Translations under genes and position numbers: made by a program | Part shown: piece by piece, positions 40,819-52,467 of the stretch | How positions within the stretch are numbered: the stretch's first letter is position 1 | Layout of the letters: every line of letters begins with the position of its first letter | The notes under the pieces: generated by a model | What the model was told of the DNA's origin: nothing | Seen by the model: only the letters and a program-made list of their open reading frames with translations | The model's database searches: none | Origin: Octopus sinensis | Taxonomy: Eukaryota | DNA: 64,000 nucleotides | Assembly: GCF_006345805.1 (NCBI RefSeq) | Contig: NC_043005.1 | Span: 81,840,001-81,904,000, forward strand | Direction of reading: 5' to 3'

Positions 40819-40836
40819 AGGACAAATGGCAGGAGG
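40819..40836 (-). CDS. Candidate 18-nt frame-preserving microexon
   Basis: GTTTTCCTTCAG|CCTCCTGCCATTTGTCCT|GTGAGT, preceded on the minus strand by a long pyrimidine-rich stretch. Confidence 0.25.
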
Positions 40837-41737
40837 CTGAAGGAAAACTTGGCAATAGACGCGATAATGGAAATCGATGTCTTGATATATGAGATGATTG
40901 TTGAAGAATTAATGATGGCTAGTAAGTGTAGATATGCCGGTATGAGATTATAGAATGGTCTGGGCATAACAGATAAATTTAGTTAGGTGTAAACAGAAAT
41001 ATTAGTAAACGAAGGGGAGGAATGAACAGAAGTGAATTGCAAGTAAAACGGGAAGAAATATGAGTGGAAAAGTAAAAGAGATAGATGAAAGTATCAAAGA
41101 AGAGATGGTATACATATGTATGAGAAAGAGGATGTAGCAGGTGAAGAAGTAGTAAAATAAAGTAAGGATGACAATATAAAAAATGTCTGCTGCGATAAAT
41201 AGCTAAAGCAAAAACTAATAAGAAACAGAAAAAAAATAATCATATTAAAGAAACTATGCCTGTAAAGTAGAAAGCGATTCTGAGCAATGTAGTATAAAGG
41301 TAATGGAGAAGATTGAAAATAACAGGTAGCGTAACAAGCCTGATATACATCTGTAAGATATAACTAAGGGAGAGCGGCGAGAAACATGTTCCCCAAACTT
41401 GTAAAGAATGCAGTTTGGTGTAGACATCTCAATGGTTACTGCATCATTTGATACATTTCACTCGGAATCATAGTTTTCTTGGCAAACACAGCAACAACTG
41501 AGCTGTACATTGAAGCAACTTTCTGCATGTATTGACAGTTTTGTGGTTAAGAAAAATATTTTTCTCCCGCAGTTTCGTGGTCTCGAGTTCGACCCCAATG
41601 GGTAGCATCGTTTACAAATGTGTTCTCATTTGAAAGAAAGAGGTCAGAGACAGTTATACTTTCACAACCCACAACTATGCACCCAACTATATACACACTC
41701 ACATAAATATCTCGTATTTTTTTTGTATGTGTGCATG

Positions 41738-41771
<34 letters not shown>

Positions 41772-41907
41772 ATATACACACTATACACATATATATATAT
41801 ATATGTCTGTGTGTGTGTGTGTGTATGTATACATATATATATATAGCGAGGTGTATGCAACACACATATACGATATATATATATATGTAAATGAGTGCGT
41901 ATGTATC

Positions 41908-42460
41908 TGTGCGCACAGCTGAGAGTCGTGAACTGTCTCTGACCTCTTTCTTCGTATAAATGTGATGGTCTGGCCATATTATTCGAATGGCGGATGAACG
42001 CACGCCCAAACTGCTCTGTTATGGCGAGCTTGTAGCAGGAAAATGATATCGGTGTAAAGGAGGTTTAGGGACGGCATATGAACTATCATGAAGTCACTTG
42101 GAATGGATCCATAGGACATAGGAACCCTTGCTTCGGATTCCAACATGGATGGTGAACCAAAATGTGGAGTGGAGTGAAAGCGTTTGAAGAAGCCAAGATA
42201 ACGTATGCAAGACTCAAGAGAAATTTAAAGAAGAATATTTCGATCGCGAAGGTGAATCACAATAACCATTTTGTGTGCACAGCTTGTGACAGAGCATACC
42301 TTTCTTTTGCTGGGCTCAAATTTCATATTCGGACTCATAAAAACCGAACCACCACTATCTACTGTGCCTATATGTCTGTGCAAACCTTTCAGTGGCGTGT
42401 ATGCCAGAAGGTCTGCAAATCTAACGGAGGCCTCAAAAGACATTTTAAGATCCACTAAGA
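41908..42460 (+). mobile_element. 3' end of an RTE-clade LINE, decayed, with two C-terminal C2H2 fingers
   Basis: WSGHIIRMADERTPKLLCYGELVAGK* (RTE RT C-terminal signature), then CTAC-x12-HIRTH and WRVC-x12-HFKIH. Confidence 0.85.
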
Positions 42461-42623
42461 TCAGAACTTAACTGCAGCTCTTGGTGCACTAAATCGGTTA
42501 TGCAATATGTGGGTGTCTTTTCACTATACTGTTGGGTTTAAAAAGCCACATCAAATGCCATGGTGTATATAAAGTATAGGTACAAGATGTGGTCAAACTC
42601 TGCATAAGTAGACAACCATCATG

Positions 42624-42664
<41 letters not shown>

Positions 42665-42871
42665 CTAAGAAGTTGACCTATTGGCGTGGGAAATTTACCA
42701 ATTTGTTCGTAGATTGAAGAAATGCTGAAAACGTTCAATCAATTTTCAACTCTTATTCTGATCTCGTCAGTTGAGTCTACTTCACTTGAGCATTCCTCGA
42801 AAGCAGGTCACCAATGCATATATATATATATACTATCAGTCTATGTTATAATGCCTTTTAACTAACTTACC

Positions 42872-42925
<54 letters not shown>

Positions 42926-43158
42926 AATTTACCAGTTCCTTATCTCATGCTGCTCTGTGGTCATTTCCATACGTTACACGTGATACACTTTACACCTGTT
43001 TACATAATCATCGATGTGATGGAGAGAATGAAATAATGTGCGGCACGAAACTTTGATCACTATAAACAAATCGTTTGTGCAAGTCGTTCGGCAAATGCTG
43101 AATATTCATACGTCGTCTTCAACGGGAGGGCCCATCGTTATCATCATTATCACCACCA

Positions 43159-43229
<71 letters not shown>

Positions 43230-43445
43230 AACATAATAAATAACAATAGGATAATAAGAAATTATTATTACCAGTAGCACAAAATCGAATTAGTCATTAG
43301 ACTATATATTATGGGAAATAATTGAGATGGTAAACGTTTTTAATTTTCATTCCTTTCGAAAATTTATCCCTATTTAGTGGTTTTGAATTTTCTACTACTC
43401 TTTCTAGCACAAGGCTTTCCTATTTGGAAGCTTCTCATTGTATTG

Positions 43446-43494
<49 letters not shown>

Positions 43495-44299
43495 TAACAT
43501 TGTTTTGCTCACTAGACTGCGGCCGTTTGGGGCCATCACCTTGAAGACGTAAGCCGATATATTCACCACCAGTACATATTTGTTAAAGGTTGATACATAT
43601 TCACTTGTTCAATTTATTTACCTTCAAGAGTTATACGTATTTTTTGCGTAGAAATAGTTTCATAGAAATATAAGATCGATGCGATATTTTAAAGAGGGTG
43701 GCTGTATTTTTTTCTTAAAATGATATGGTGTATTTGTGGACGGTATATCTACATCAGGAAATAACCTGAATAAAAGCGAATAAAATAATATATTACATGT
43801 ATACCTACCCAATATATAATTTAAATTTGCATAACGCAGCAAGCAATTTTTGGCTTGTTAATAACAGCACAAGCAGATAATTAACTCTCATTTAATAGAA
43901 GTTAACATGCTATAAAGTTACCGCTTCTGTTATATGCTTTCTTCGATTATTTCTTTGGTATTCCAAACGTGTTGACAATCTCATAATTATATGTTCCTCA
44001 TTTTCATTTACAATGCAACATCATATATGTATGCGCATTCATACTTGCACATATAACAGAAATGCAGCTGTGTGTGCAATTGTTGAATAAAATAAGCACA
44101 AATATTATGTAAATAATGCTAAGAATTTTAGTAAAACGTGGGCAACTTCAGCAGTAAATTTTCCAACTTAGTACAATATCACACAAAAAGAGTCTTAACG
44201 CAATGTAGACATTATAACTAATGGTCATGCAAGGAGTTACACACAAAGCTTGCTGATTTTCTATTTCATATCGATTACACTGACGACTATTTAAGGACC

Positions 44300-44368
<69 letters not shown>

Positions 44369-44743
44369 TTATTACATTTATACATTAGGGTATCTAAGAG
44401 ATACCACCAAGGTGGAAATAGTAGCGAAATCTTGACTCTAAAACCACATGAAATGTTCATACAGCACCAGGGGGGAAGACAAAAGAACAAAATAAACTGT
44501 CTTCTCTCCTGATGTTGTATGAGCATTTAATATGTTTTGGTTGTAATGAGTCACGTTTTGGTTGCTATTTCCAGCGTGGTGGTATCTCTTACATATCCTT
44601 GATTATAATTTTGATAATAATTATTACGTTTGATGGTTTTTACTTGATAGGATCGATATTTAAATTAACGATCTTATATGTGTGTGTGTGAGTACGCCAA
44701 CACATACACATATTTGTATTCATATAATCATAAATATCAGTGC

Positions 44744-44819
<76 letters not shown>

Positions 44820-45495
44820 CAATTGCGCAGCAAAATATTGTTGGCAGGGCGGGGCATTTGCAAAAGTAATGAATAATGAACTGAATGGTAAAACAAAGCA
44901 CTTGTTCTGGCATTTTGTCTAAATATTATCAGTTCTTTGTAGTAACAATATAAAAGCTAATCGTGAAGTAATCTGGATACTAACTGACATAAGTACGTGG
45001 AATTGGCAAACATTGAAAATATTTCTTTTTTCCATTCTATCACATCGTTACATCTAATGCTTGCCGTTAAAAACCTATTGTGAACAACTTAAAGAAATCT
45101 AATAACATATTTCCGCGTATCTCCTTGGATTCACAATGGTGTACGCTTGTGACTAATTACAGTTTCCACACATATATAATTTATACTGCTGATTAAATAA
45201 ATAAACAAACAAATAAATAAATAAATAAATCTGTGTGTAAAATACATGTTTTGGAATTTATAAAACTCCGTATGAAATGAATAAGCCGAAACCCTGGGGA
45301 GCTCATTAGAGAAAATTATTTAGGAATTATACTTTTAGTTGCTGTCAGGGATATTTTTATTGCCTGTGGTGTCCTTGCCTTGTTTACCTTATTAAAATGA
45401 GACACATATGCACTAGTATAGAAAGACAACAGGGTAACGCAGTTAGTAGGAGAGCTTCGGAAGATGATAGAGGAGAGTGAAGTATTTTATCAGAT

Positions 45496-45855
45496 GGAGG
45501 CGCAATGGCCCAGTGGTTAGGGCAGCGGACTCGCGGTCGTAAGATCGCGGTTTCGATTCACAGACCGGGCGTTGTGAGTGTTTATTGAGCGAAAACACCT
45601 AGAGCTCCACGAGGCTCCGGCAGGGATGGTGGTGATCCCTGCTGTACTCTTTCACCACAACATTCTCTCACTCTTACTTCCTGTCACTCTCTGTGTCACT
45701 CTCTGTGTCACGCTGAATATCCCCGAGAACTACGTTAAGGGTACACGTGTCTGTGGAGTGCTCAGCCACTTACACGTTAATTTCACGAGCAGGCTGTTCC
45801 GTTGATCGGATCAACCGGAACCCTCGTCGTCGTAACCGACGGAGTGCTTCCATCC
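45496..45855 (+). mobile_element. SINE family C, full length with 12-bp TSD
   Basis: A-box TGGCCCAGTGG, B-box-like GGTTTCGATTC; TSD ATTTTATCAGAT at 45484-45495 and 45856-45867; (CCAT)n end. Confidence 0.9.
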
Positions 45856-46799
45856 ATTTTATCAGATAAAAGTTAAGGGAAACTAAGTGAAGTCGAAAAT
45901 ATTCATGAACCAAAACAGAGAATATGAAAAATTAAAAACCGAGAAAAAAAACGAAAAGAATAAAAAACTGAAACACTATGTCTACGCAAAAAATACGTAT
46001 AACACTTGAAGGTAAATAAATTGAACGAGTGAATAAATATCAACCTTTAACAAATAAGTACCGGTGGGGAATAGATCGGCTAACATCTTCAAGGTGGTGG
46101 CCCCAAATGGCCGCAGCCTAATAAGCAAAACAATGCGATAAGTTCTAAAACACTGTGAAAGAGTAAATGTTTATAATAGGTTACATAAGCCTCAAACCAC
46201 TCGAAGAAGACGCTTTCCGGACAATGCAGAAAATAATAAAATGTTTCAAAAATTCCAAAAACTTACCACAAATTTCGGAATTTTTTTATTTAGTTCTTCA
46301 GAGTCATGAAGTTATAGCATTTCAGAGTTTAAGATTACAAAGTTTTAAAATCTGGTGGTTTAAAAGAGATGGATAGATAGATAGAAGAGACTTGCTCAAT
46401 CTACGAGTGGGACTGAACCCGAAGCCAGATGGCTGGAAATTAAACTTCTTACCACATGCCTGCGCCCTTATATGAAACTTTTGTATATATGATGTTGATT
46501 AAGTCAAAACATCTTTATATTAGGTCATTGAAAATATGGCAACTACTATAAACTACTTAGTGTGTATCTAAACAAACTGTAAAAAGTTCATCTCGTGTGA
46601 TGTATTGAATTATATTCTAAAATATTTGCACATTTTGAATGGTAGAAAGAAGTGATACATCATTTTCCTGTTCACGTTATGTTAATCATGCCTTCAAACA
46701 CTATTAGTGATAAAGACTCTGAAATTTGACAAAAGATCCTTCAGGATATGTTTATTGTCTTTTTAATCAATCCAATATTTAACTGTTATATAATTTCCT

Positions 46800-47059
46800 C
46801 AACCATCAACACCTGCAAAGTCGAAAGCAAAGCATACCTCGCGGCTTTGAACGCTGAATGAAAAAATGTTTTAAACTTTAGGATGTAGAAAATGCAGGAG
46901 ATAACAATCCTGTCAGTAATCCGAGAGGGATTAGGGATAATGAATGACAACGTTGCAAAAGGATTACATACGATCGTAGTCGATTGTGATACAGAGCTAT
47001 TGCACACAGTTTGCTTATTGGGAACAGTTAAAATATTACGAAGGAAACTGCATTATTAG
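46800..47059 (+). mobile_element. 3' end of an R4/Dong-like non-LTR retrotransposon, decayed
   Basis: ITILSVIREGLGIM..LLHTVCLLGTVKILRRKLHY* resembles the R4-clade terminus VVPIVIGALG..LQKxxLLGTARILR. Confidence 0.55.
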
Positions 47060-47292
47060 ATTGACTAAAACAAATGGACAAGGCATAGCGAAGCCTGCTT
47101 TGTGCATAAGGATACTTGTTGTAGCCCGCTATCAGATGAGAAAAGGAACAGGGTTAGAAATCACACACATACTCCGTAAACAAAAGGAAACAGAAACGAA
47201 CCAATGATGGTGATGATGAAGGGGAGGAGGAGGAAGAGGAGAAGTACAATGATGACGATGATGATCACGATGACAAGTAGTGACTAGATATA

Positions 47293-47672
47293 CTCTTTTA
47301 CTCTCTTAATTGTTTCAGTCATTTTGACTGTGGCCATGCTGGAGGACCGCTTTTAGTCGAGCAAATCGACCCCAGGACTTACGCTTCGTAAGTCTAGTAC
47401 TTATCCTATATCGGTTTCTTTTGCCGAACCGCTAAGTTACGGGGACGTAAACACACCAGCATCGGTTGTCAAACGATGTTGGAGGGACAAACACAGACAC
47501 ACAAACACACTCACAAACATATATATATACATATATACGACACGAGCTTCTTTCAGTTTCCGTCTACCGAATCCACTCACAAGGCTTTGGTCGGCCCGAG
47601 GCTTGCCCAAGGTGCTACGCAGTGGGACTGAACCCAGAACTATGTGGTTCGTAAGCAAGCTACTTACCACAC
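47293..47672 (-). mobile_element. SINE family B, near full length
   Basis: High similarity to 22003-22390 over head, body and tail. Confidence 0.9.
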
Positions 47673-48919
47673 AGATCTCACAATATGCGAGATATAGAGC
47701 TCTAGTAATTCCATTAAAATGGAAGGATAAGGAAACATTTAAGTCAGTGAAATTTCATTCAAATTTCATTGTGAAGATGACTAAACAAGCGCAGTATACT
47801 GATAAGATTAGCAGTAATAAGCAGCATAATGAATGGTTTAATACAAATTTGTAGAAGAGTTAGGGGGTAATGTCAATTGAAATCTTTCTATTTCATCTTT
47901 GAAGGTAATTGATTAAATAAAAAATATATTTATACGTCTTTGTTGCCATAGCTGACATCATCATTAACAAGTCGCCGTTTCTCACACAAATGATAAATGA
48001 TATAAAAAGTTGATATTTAGTAATATGTTCAAGACACGGATACTGAAATTCATATAATGATGCATTATGTAGAAGTTACAAAGGTGGTTAGTTTTTCCGG
48101 CAGTTAAATAAATACAATGATTTAACGCTGAATTATGACGACATCCAACTCCACCACAGACTCCCTATCATTTTTGAAGCTTTAATCTAAATTATCTTTG
48201 AAATTTCGATCTCTGTTGAATTTTCTTTGATTCTTTAATTAGTTACATAGTATTACTCTTTGCCGTCAATGAAATACTTGTATGTAAGAGAACAATTTGT
48301 TATTTAGACAGTAACAATTGCGAAGCATAATGATTAGAACTTTACACTGTAAAATTATTTTAGCTAATGAATCACCGTGGCAAGCAGGCAAACGTATCAT
48401 TAAGAAAATAAGTGCAGTGAAGATTACTGACGTTGTTAGAATGTCGGTCTAAATGATTAAAGTATGCTCTTTGCTACGCTGTAATCTTAACGACTTCAGA
48501 CTTTTCCGAAAATTAAATGTGCTTTGTGCCCGCAATGACTGAAATACATAGGAAAAGGTGCTGTAATTGCATGAGACGGTTGCAGACTGACCCTAAGAAG
48601 ATATTGTACTTGCTTTTAAATAACAAATTGATAATCATTTCTGACATGTACACTCGTCTGAAGAACTACACTGAATTATTTCAAGTTCTGGAGCACGCAA
48701 ATACTTTCTGATGCGATATTACATTTAGAATTTCCCACATTTCATATAGCTTTTTAAAACATTAGTACATATCACTTTCGTAGCTGATTGATTCTATGTC
48801 TGTTATTGACGGACACTTAACCAATCGACCCTAGGTTAGAGAAGGTAACCCTATAGTCACGTAAATCGACTAAATTCTCTCCTCAAACTATGCTCGACAT
48901 CTGCGGGAATTAGAATTAC

Positions 48920-49010
48920 TACTACGACTAATAATCATAATAATAATAATAATAATAATACCATCACCACCACCAACACAACCACCACCACCACCATAAC
49001 CATCAACATC

Positions 49011-49063
<53 letters not shown>

Positions 49064-49083
49064 CAACAACAACAACAACATAA
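48920..49083. repeat. Compound trinucleotide repeat (TAA/CAC/TAC/CAA)
   Basis: Direct inspection. Confidence 0.9.
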
Positions 49084-49341
49084 CCGCTATTCGTTTAGAA
49101 ATCCATAAATCATAAGTTACTTGCAGGTACAATGCATAAATTTGATTATTAAACCAAATGTGAAAGATACATATGTATAAATTTAGCTATGTGATACGAT
49201 TTGCTTCAATTATTCAGTGCAGGCAATACATATTCAACTATACAGGAATTCTTTTAAAACTTGTAGCACTAAAGTAAGTCACTTTAGTAAGTCTCAATAT
49301 ACTTCATATATACACGGATCTCTCTCCCCCCTCTCTCTCTC

Positions 49342-49389
<48 letters not shown>

Positions 49390-49474
49390 ACGAAGAAAAA
49401 ACACAAACGAAAACAACGGGGGGACGTAGTATATGTAAAGTATTAGCAAATGCTCAGGGAAGGAAACGAAGGTG

Positions 49475-49509
49475 ATTTTACATTTCGAGCAAAGTTCTTC
49501 TTCAGAAAC
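49475..49509 (-). ncRNA. Minimal type I hammerhead motif, unit 1
   Basis: GUUU-CUGAAGA-A-GAAC(UUU)GCUC-GAAA-UGUA-AAAU; GUA triplet, one mismatch in stem II. Confidence 0.6.
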
Positions 49510-49678
49510 AGAAGACAGGGGAAAGTCCAATAGAAAAGGAAGACGGAATGGGAAAACACCAATATATATATATATTATATATATATATATACAACGAAGA
49601 AAAAACACAAACGAAAACAACGGGGGGACGTAGTATATGTAAAGTATTAGCAAATGCTCAGGGAAGGAAACGAAGGTG

Positions 49679-49713
49679 ATTTTACATTTCGAGCAAAGTT
49701 CTTCTTCAGAAAC
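49679..49713 (-). ncRNA. Minimal type I hammerhead motif, unit 2
   Basis: Identical to unit 1. Confidence 0.6.
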
Positions 49714-49762
49714 AGAAGACAGGGGAAAGTCCAATAGAAAAGGAAGACGGAATGGGAAAACA

Positions 49763-49802
<40 letters not shown>

Positions 49803-49900
49803 TAATCCAAAATGAAAACACAAAGAGAAAACACAATAACGCGAGCACGTGGAACAATTATTGTATTATTGGACGCTCAGGACGGAAGGGAAGAAGGAGG

Positions 49901-49935
49901 GCTTAACGTTTCGAGCGGAGCTCTTCGTCGGAAAC
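49901..49935 (-). ncRNA. Minimal type I hammerhead motif, unit 3, core U4 changed to C
   Basis: GUUU-CCGACGA-A-GAGC(UCC)GCUC-GAAA-CGUU-AAGC; perfect stem II, ACGU palindrome, stem I GUUU/AAGC. Confidence 0.6.
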
Positions 49936-50369
49936 ATAGGAGAAGGAAAGATCCAGAGAAGGGAAGACAGAGGGAAAAAATCACCAATATATATATATAT
50001 ATAATAAATGTCACGTGATGGAAATAAATGCAACTTTCTCTTTCTATATTTTTTGTTAAGTTTGAATTTCTCTCTTTTGGTCACGATTTTTCCAATTTCT
50101 TTTTTCTTGTAGAAAGCAATTGACGAAAGCATGAAAAAAATTAAATTCATAAAATCGAACGAAAATCAAAATATTTAATTCTATTTTTCCCCTTTACTTT
50201 TTACTTTCCTACACTATAATTAAATACTGTGTCGTTGCATATTATGTGTCTATTTCAGAAATATTTCCAACTATTTAACAAAATCTGTCTAATATATTCG
50301 TATATGTATTTCATATTGAAATCCTGTATCATTTTGGATATTTATTGTTTTGATAACAAGTTTTAAAAT

Positions 50370-51105
50370 ATGGATAACCGCATGAGGAACGCAGCATGAG
50401 AGCGTCAGCGTAGAAGGAGAGAACAATTGCGCGAAGAACAGCGGGAGGATATCACGAATTAAAATCGCGTGAGGCTGAGACAGAAAAGAAACGAAATGAG
50501 CCAAGAGGAGAGGGAGCGTATTCTACGGCATAGGAGAGAAAGAAATCTGCAAATGATAAAAGCAAATGAGCCAGGAGCAAAGAGAAGTGTTTGTTCAAAA
50601 TAAGAGAGATAGAGATCAACAGTTTCGAGAACACATGAGTCAAGAGCAAAGACAGCTGTACTTAGAAAATATGGGAAACAGAATTCAAGAAAGAAGGGGA
50701 CAAATGGAGGAAGATGAAAAGCAGAATTACCTTCAAGGTGTGAGAGAGAGAGAGTTCAAAATAGAAGGGAAAATATGAAAGAAGATGAAACACAGAATTA
50801 TCTTATGGCAGACAGAGCTCAAAGAAGACGGAATATAATAAAAGAAAAACAAAATTCCCAATTTACGATTGTTGAGATAAACGCAGTATGCCCACAATGT
50901 ATTGCACGAAGATTTCCGCAGGAAGCAGTTAATTGCTGCCGTAATGGTAAGGTTTCTACGACTATCCTGACCAATTCAAACAACTTTGGGAGAATACCGA
51001 TAGTGAAGAAATGAACATTAGACAGAACATCTGAAACTATAACTCAATGTATTCATTCGCCTCATTTGGAGCCAATGTTACACCACCCCCTGGTCGTGGT
51101 CCTGT
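50370..51105 (+). pseudogene. Helitron Rep/helicase N-terminal fragment, frameshifted and truncated
   Basis: CPQCIARRFPQEAVNCCRNGKV..NI*NYNSMYSFASFGANVTPPPGRGP matches the conserved animal Helitron N-terminal Zn region; preceded by 23-aa charged repeats. Confidence 0.85.
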
Positions 51106-51129
51106 CGTAATATACTTTTGTACCATAGG

Positions 51130-51335
51130 TACAATTCCTGAATTTTTTGTGGGGAGGCGGGGCCAGTCCATCAGATCGACCCCAGTACGCAACGGGTACT
51201 TAATTTATCGAACCCGAAATGATGATAGGCAAAGTCGACCTCAGCAGAATTTGAACTCAGAAAGTAAAGACAGACGAAATACCGCTATGCACTTCGCCCT
51301 GAGTGCTAACGATTCTATCAGGTCCCCGTCTGTAA
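51130..51335 (-). mobile_element. SINE family A at the Helitron/mariner junction
   Basis: ATCGACCCCAGTAC..AAAGTCGACCTC..GAATTTGAACTCAGAA. Confidence 0.85.
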
Positions 51336-51344
51336 CTACCAAAA

Positions 51345-51681
51345 TATAGAAAAATTTCTCATGGCTCCAGCACACAATTTACAGATGCTTGGTTGGGAAA
51401 AAAAAATTCCTCGTCTACCTTATTCTCCCAACCTTGCTCCTTCAGACTACCATTTGTTTTGTAGTTTACAGAATTATTTGGGGGACATAACTCTCGCAAA
51501 CGTGGTTTTGAAACCAAAAGAGTTTTACATAGGTGGAGATTAAAAAGCTTGTATATACATGGAAGGAAATCATAGATAATCAGGGAAAGTACATTGATGA
51601 TTAAGTTTCACTTAAATATAATATTTGATCACTTGTTTTCTTTATTAAAAATTCGGACAGAACTTATGGGATGACCTGATA
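51345..51681 (+). mobile_element. Mariner transposase 3' end and right TIR
   Basis: LGWE..LPYSPNLAPSDYHLFCSLQNYL..GIKKLVYTWKEIIDNQGKYIDD*, then CGGACAGAACTTATGGGATGACCTGA-TA. Confidence 0.9.
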
Positions 51682-51736
51682 TATAAAATTTCATAGATAT
51701 ATGAAAATTTATAAACACATTAAAATTCACAAATAT

Positions 51737-51860
51737 AAATTTATAAAAATATAAGTCCAGAAATGTACCTGCGAAGTCCGAATTTTCGAATTTGAATCAA
51801 TGAAGGAGGATAAAGCGAATGTACATTTATGGACTAATATTTTCATATATTTATAAATTT
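51737..51860. repeat. Imperfect inverted repeat (~40-bp arms), possible MITE remnant
   Basis: AAATTTATAAA..AAGTCCAGAAATGTAC versus GTACATTTATGGACTAAT..TTTATAAATTT. Confidence 0.55.
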
Positions 51861-51882
51861 TCGTGTATATGTTTGTCTTTTT

Positions 51883-52010
51883 TTTTACTCTTCTACTTGT
51901 TTCAGTCATTTGACTGTGGCCATGCTGGAGCACTGCCTTTTCAGTTGGGCAAATCGACCCCAGGACTTATTCTTTGTAACCCTAGTACTTTTGTCGAACC
52001 GCTAAGCACA
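51883..52010 (-). mobile_element. SINE family B, 3' fragment
   Basis: CTTGTTTCAGTCATTTGACTGTGGCCATGCTGGAGCAC..AAATCGACCCCAGGACTT. Confidence 0.85.
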
Positions 52011-52045
52011 CATACAAAACATACACACACATATATATATGTATG

Positions 52046-52131
<86 letters not shown>

Positions 52132-52283
52132 ATATATATATATACATACATATATATACACATACATACACACATGATGGACTCACCTGTCATTAGACGA
52201 CTTATAAGGGTTCGACAATGTCTTATCGAACAAACACACAGATGATTTGTTTATAGCAATCAAATGTTTGTGTACACATAAGT

Positions 52284-52467
52284 TCAGTCCCTCATCACAT
52301 CGACATTAGCTGTACTGGCGCAATGAGTGCCAGTTGTTAGATGATGAAATAATCGCAAATCAACGTAGAATGAGGTGCCTTCCACGAGAGATAACGCAAC
52401 GCCCAGTCTGGGATTCGAACCCACGATCTCGCAATCGTGAGTGCAACACCTTGACAACTGAGTCATG
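52284..52467 (-). mobile_element. SINE family D, tRNA-derived head
   Basis: Minus strand has B-box GGGTTCGAATCCC after CACGATTGCGAGATCGTG, then GGGCGTTG. Confidence 0.7.

Larger units (their letters stand above)
49387..49986 (-). mobile_element. Tandem array of three hammerhead-containing units (Penelope pLTR or non-LTR retrozyme-like)
   Basis: Units at 49387, 49591 (204-nt period, identical apart from the TA spacer) and ~49797 (diverged homologue), separated by (TA)n. Confidence 0.75.

Noticed and set aside
42162-42458. Host C2H2 zinc-finger gene
   Set aside because: It is continuous with an upstream RTE reverse-transcriptase C-terminal signature that contains stops, so it is a LINE tail
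49387-49770. CRISPR array
   Set aside because: Eukaryotic DNA; the repeats are ~175-nt units with TA spacers, not short repeats with unique spacers
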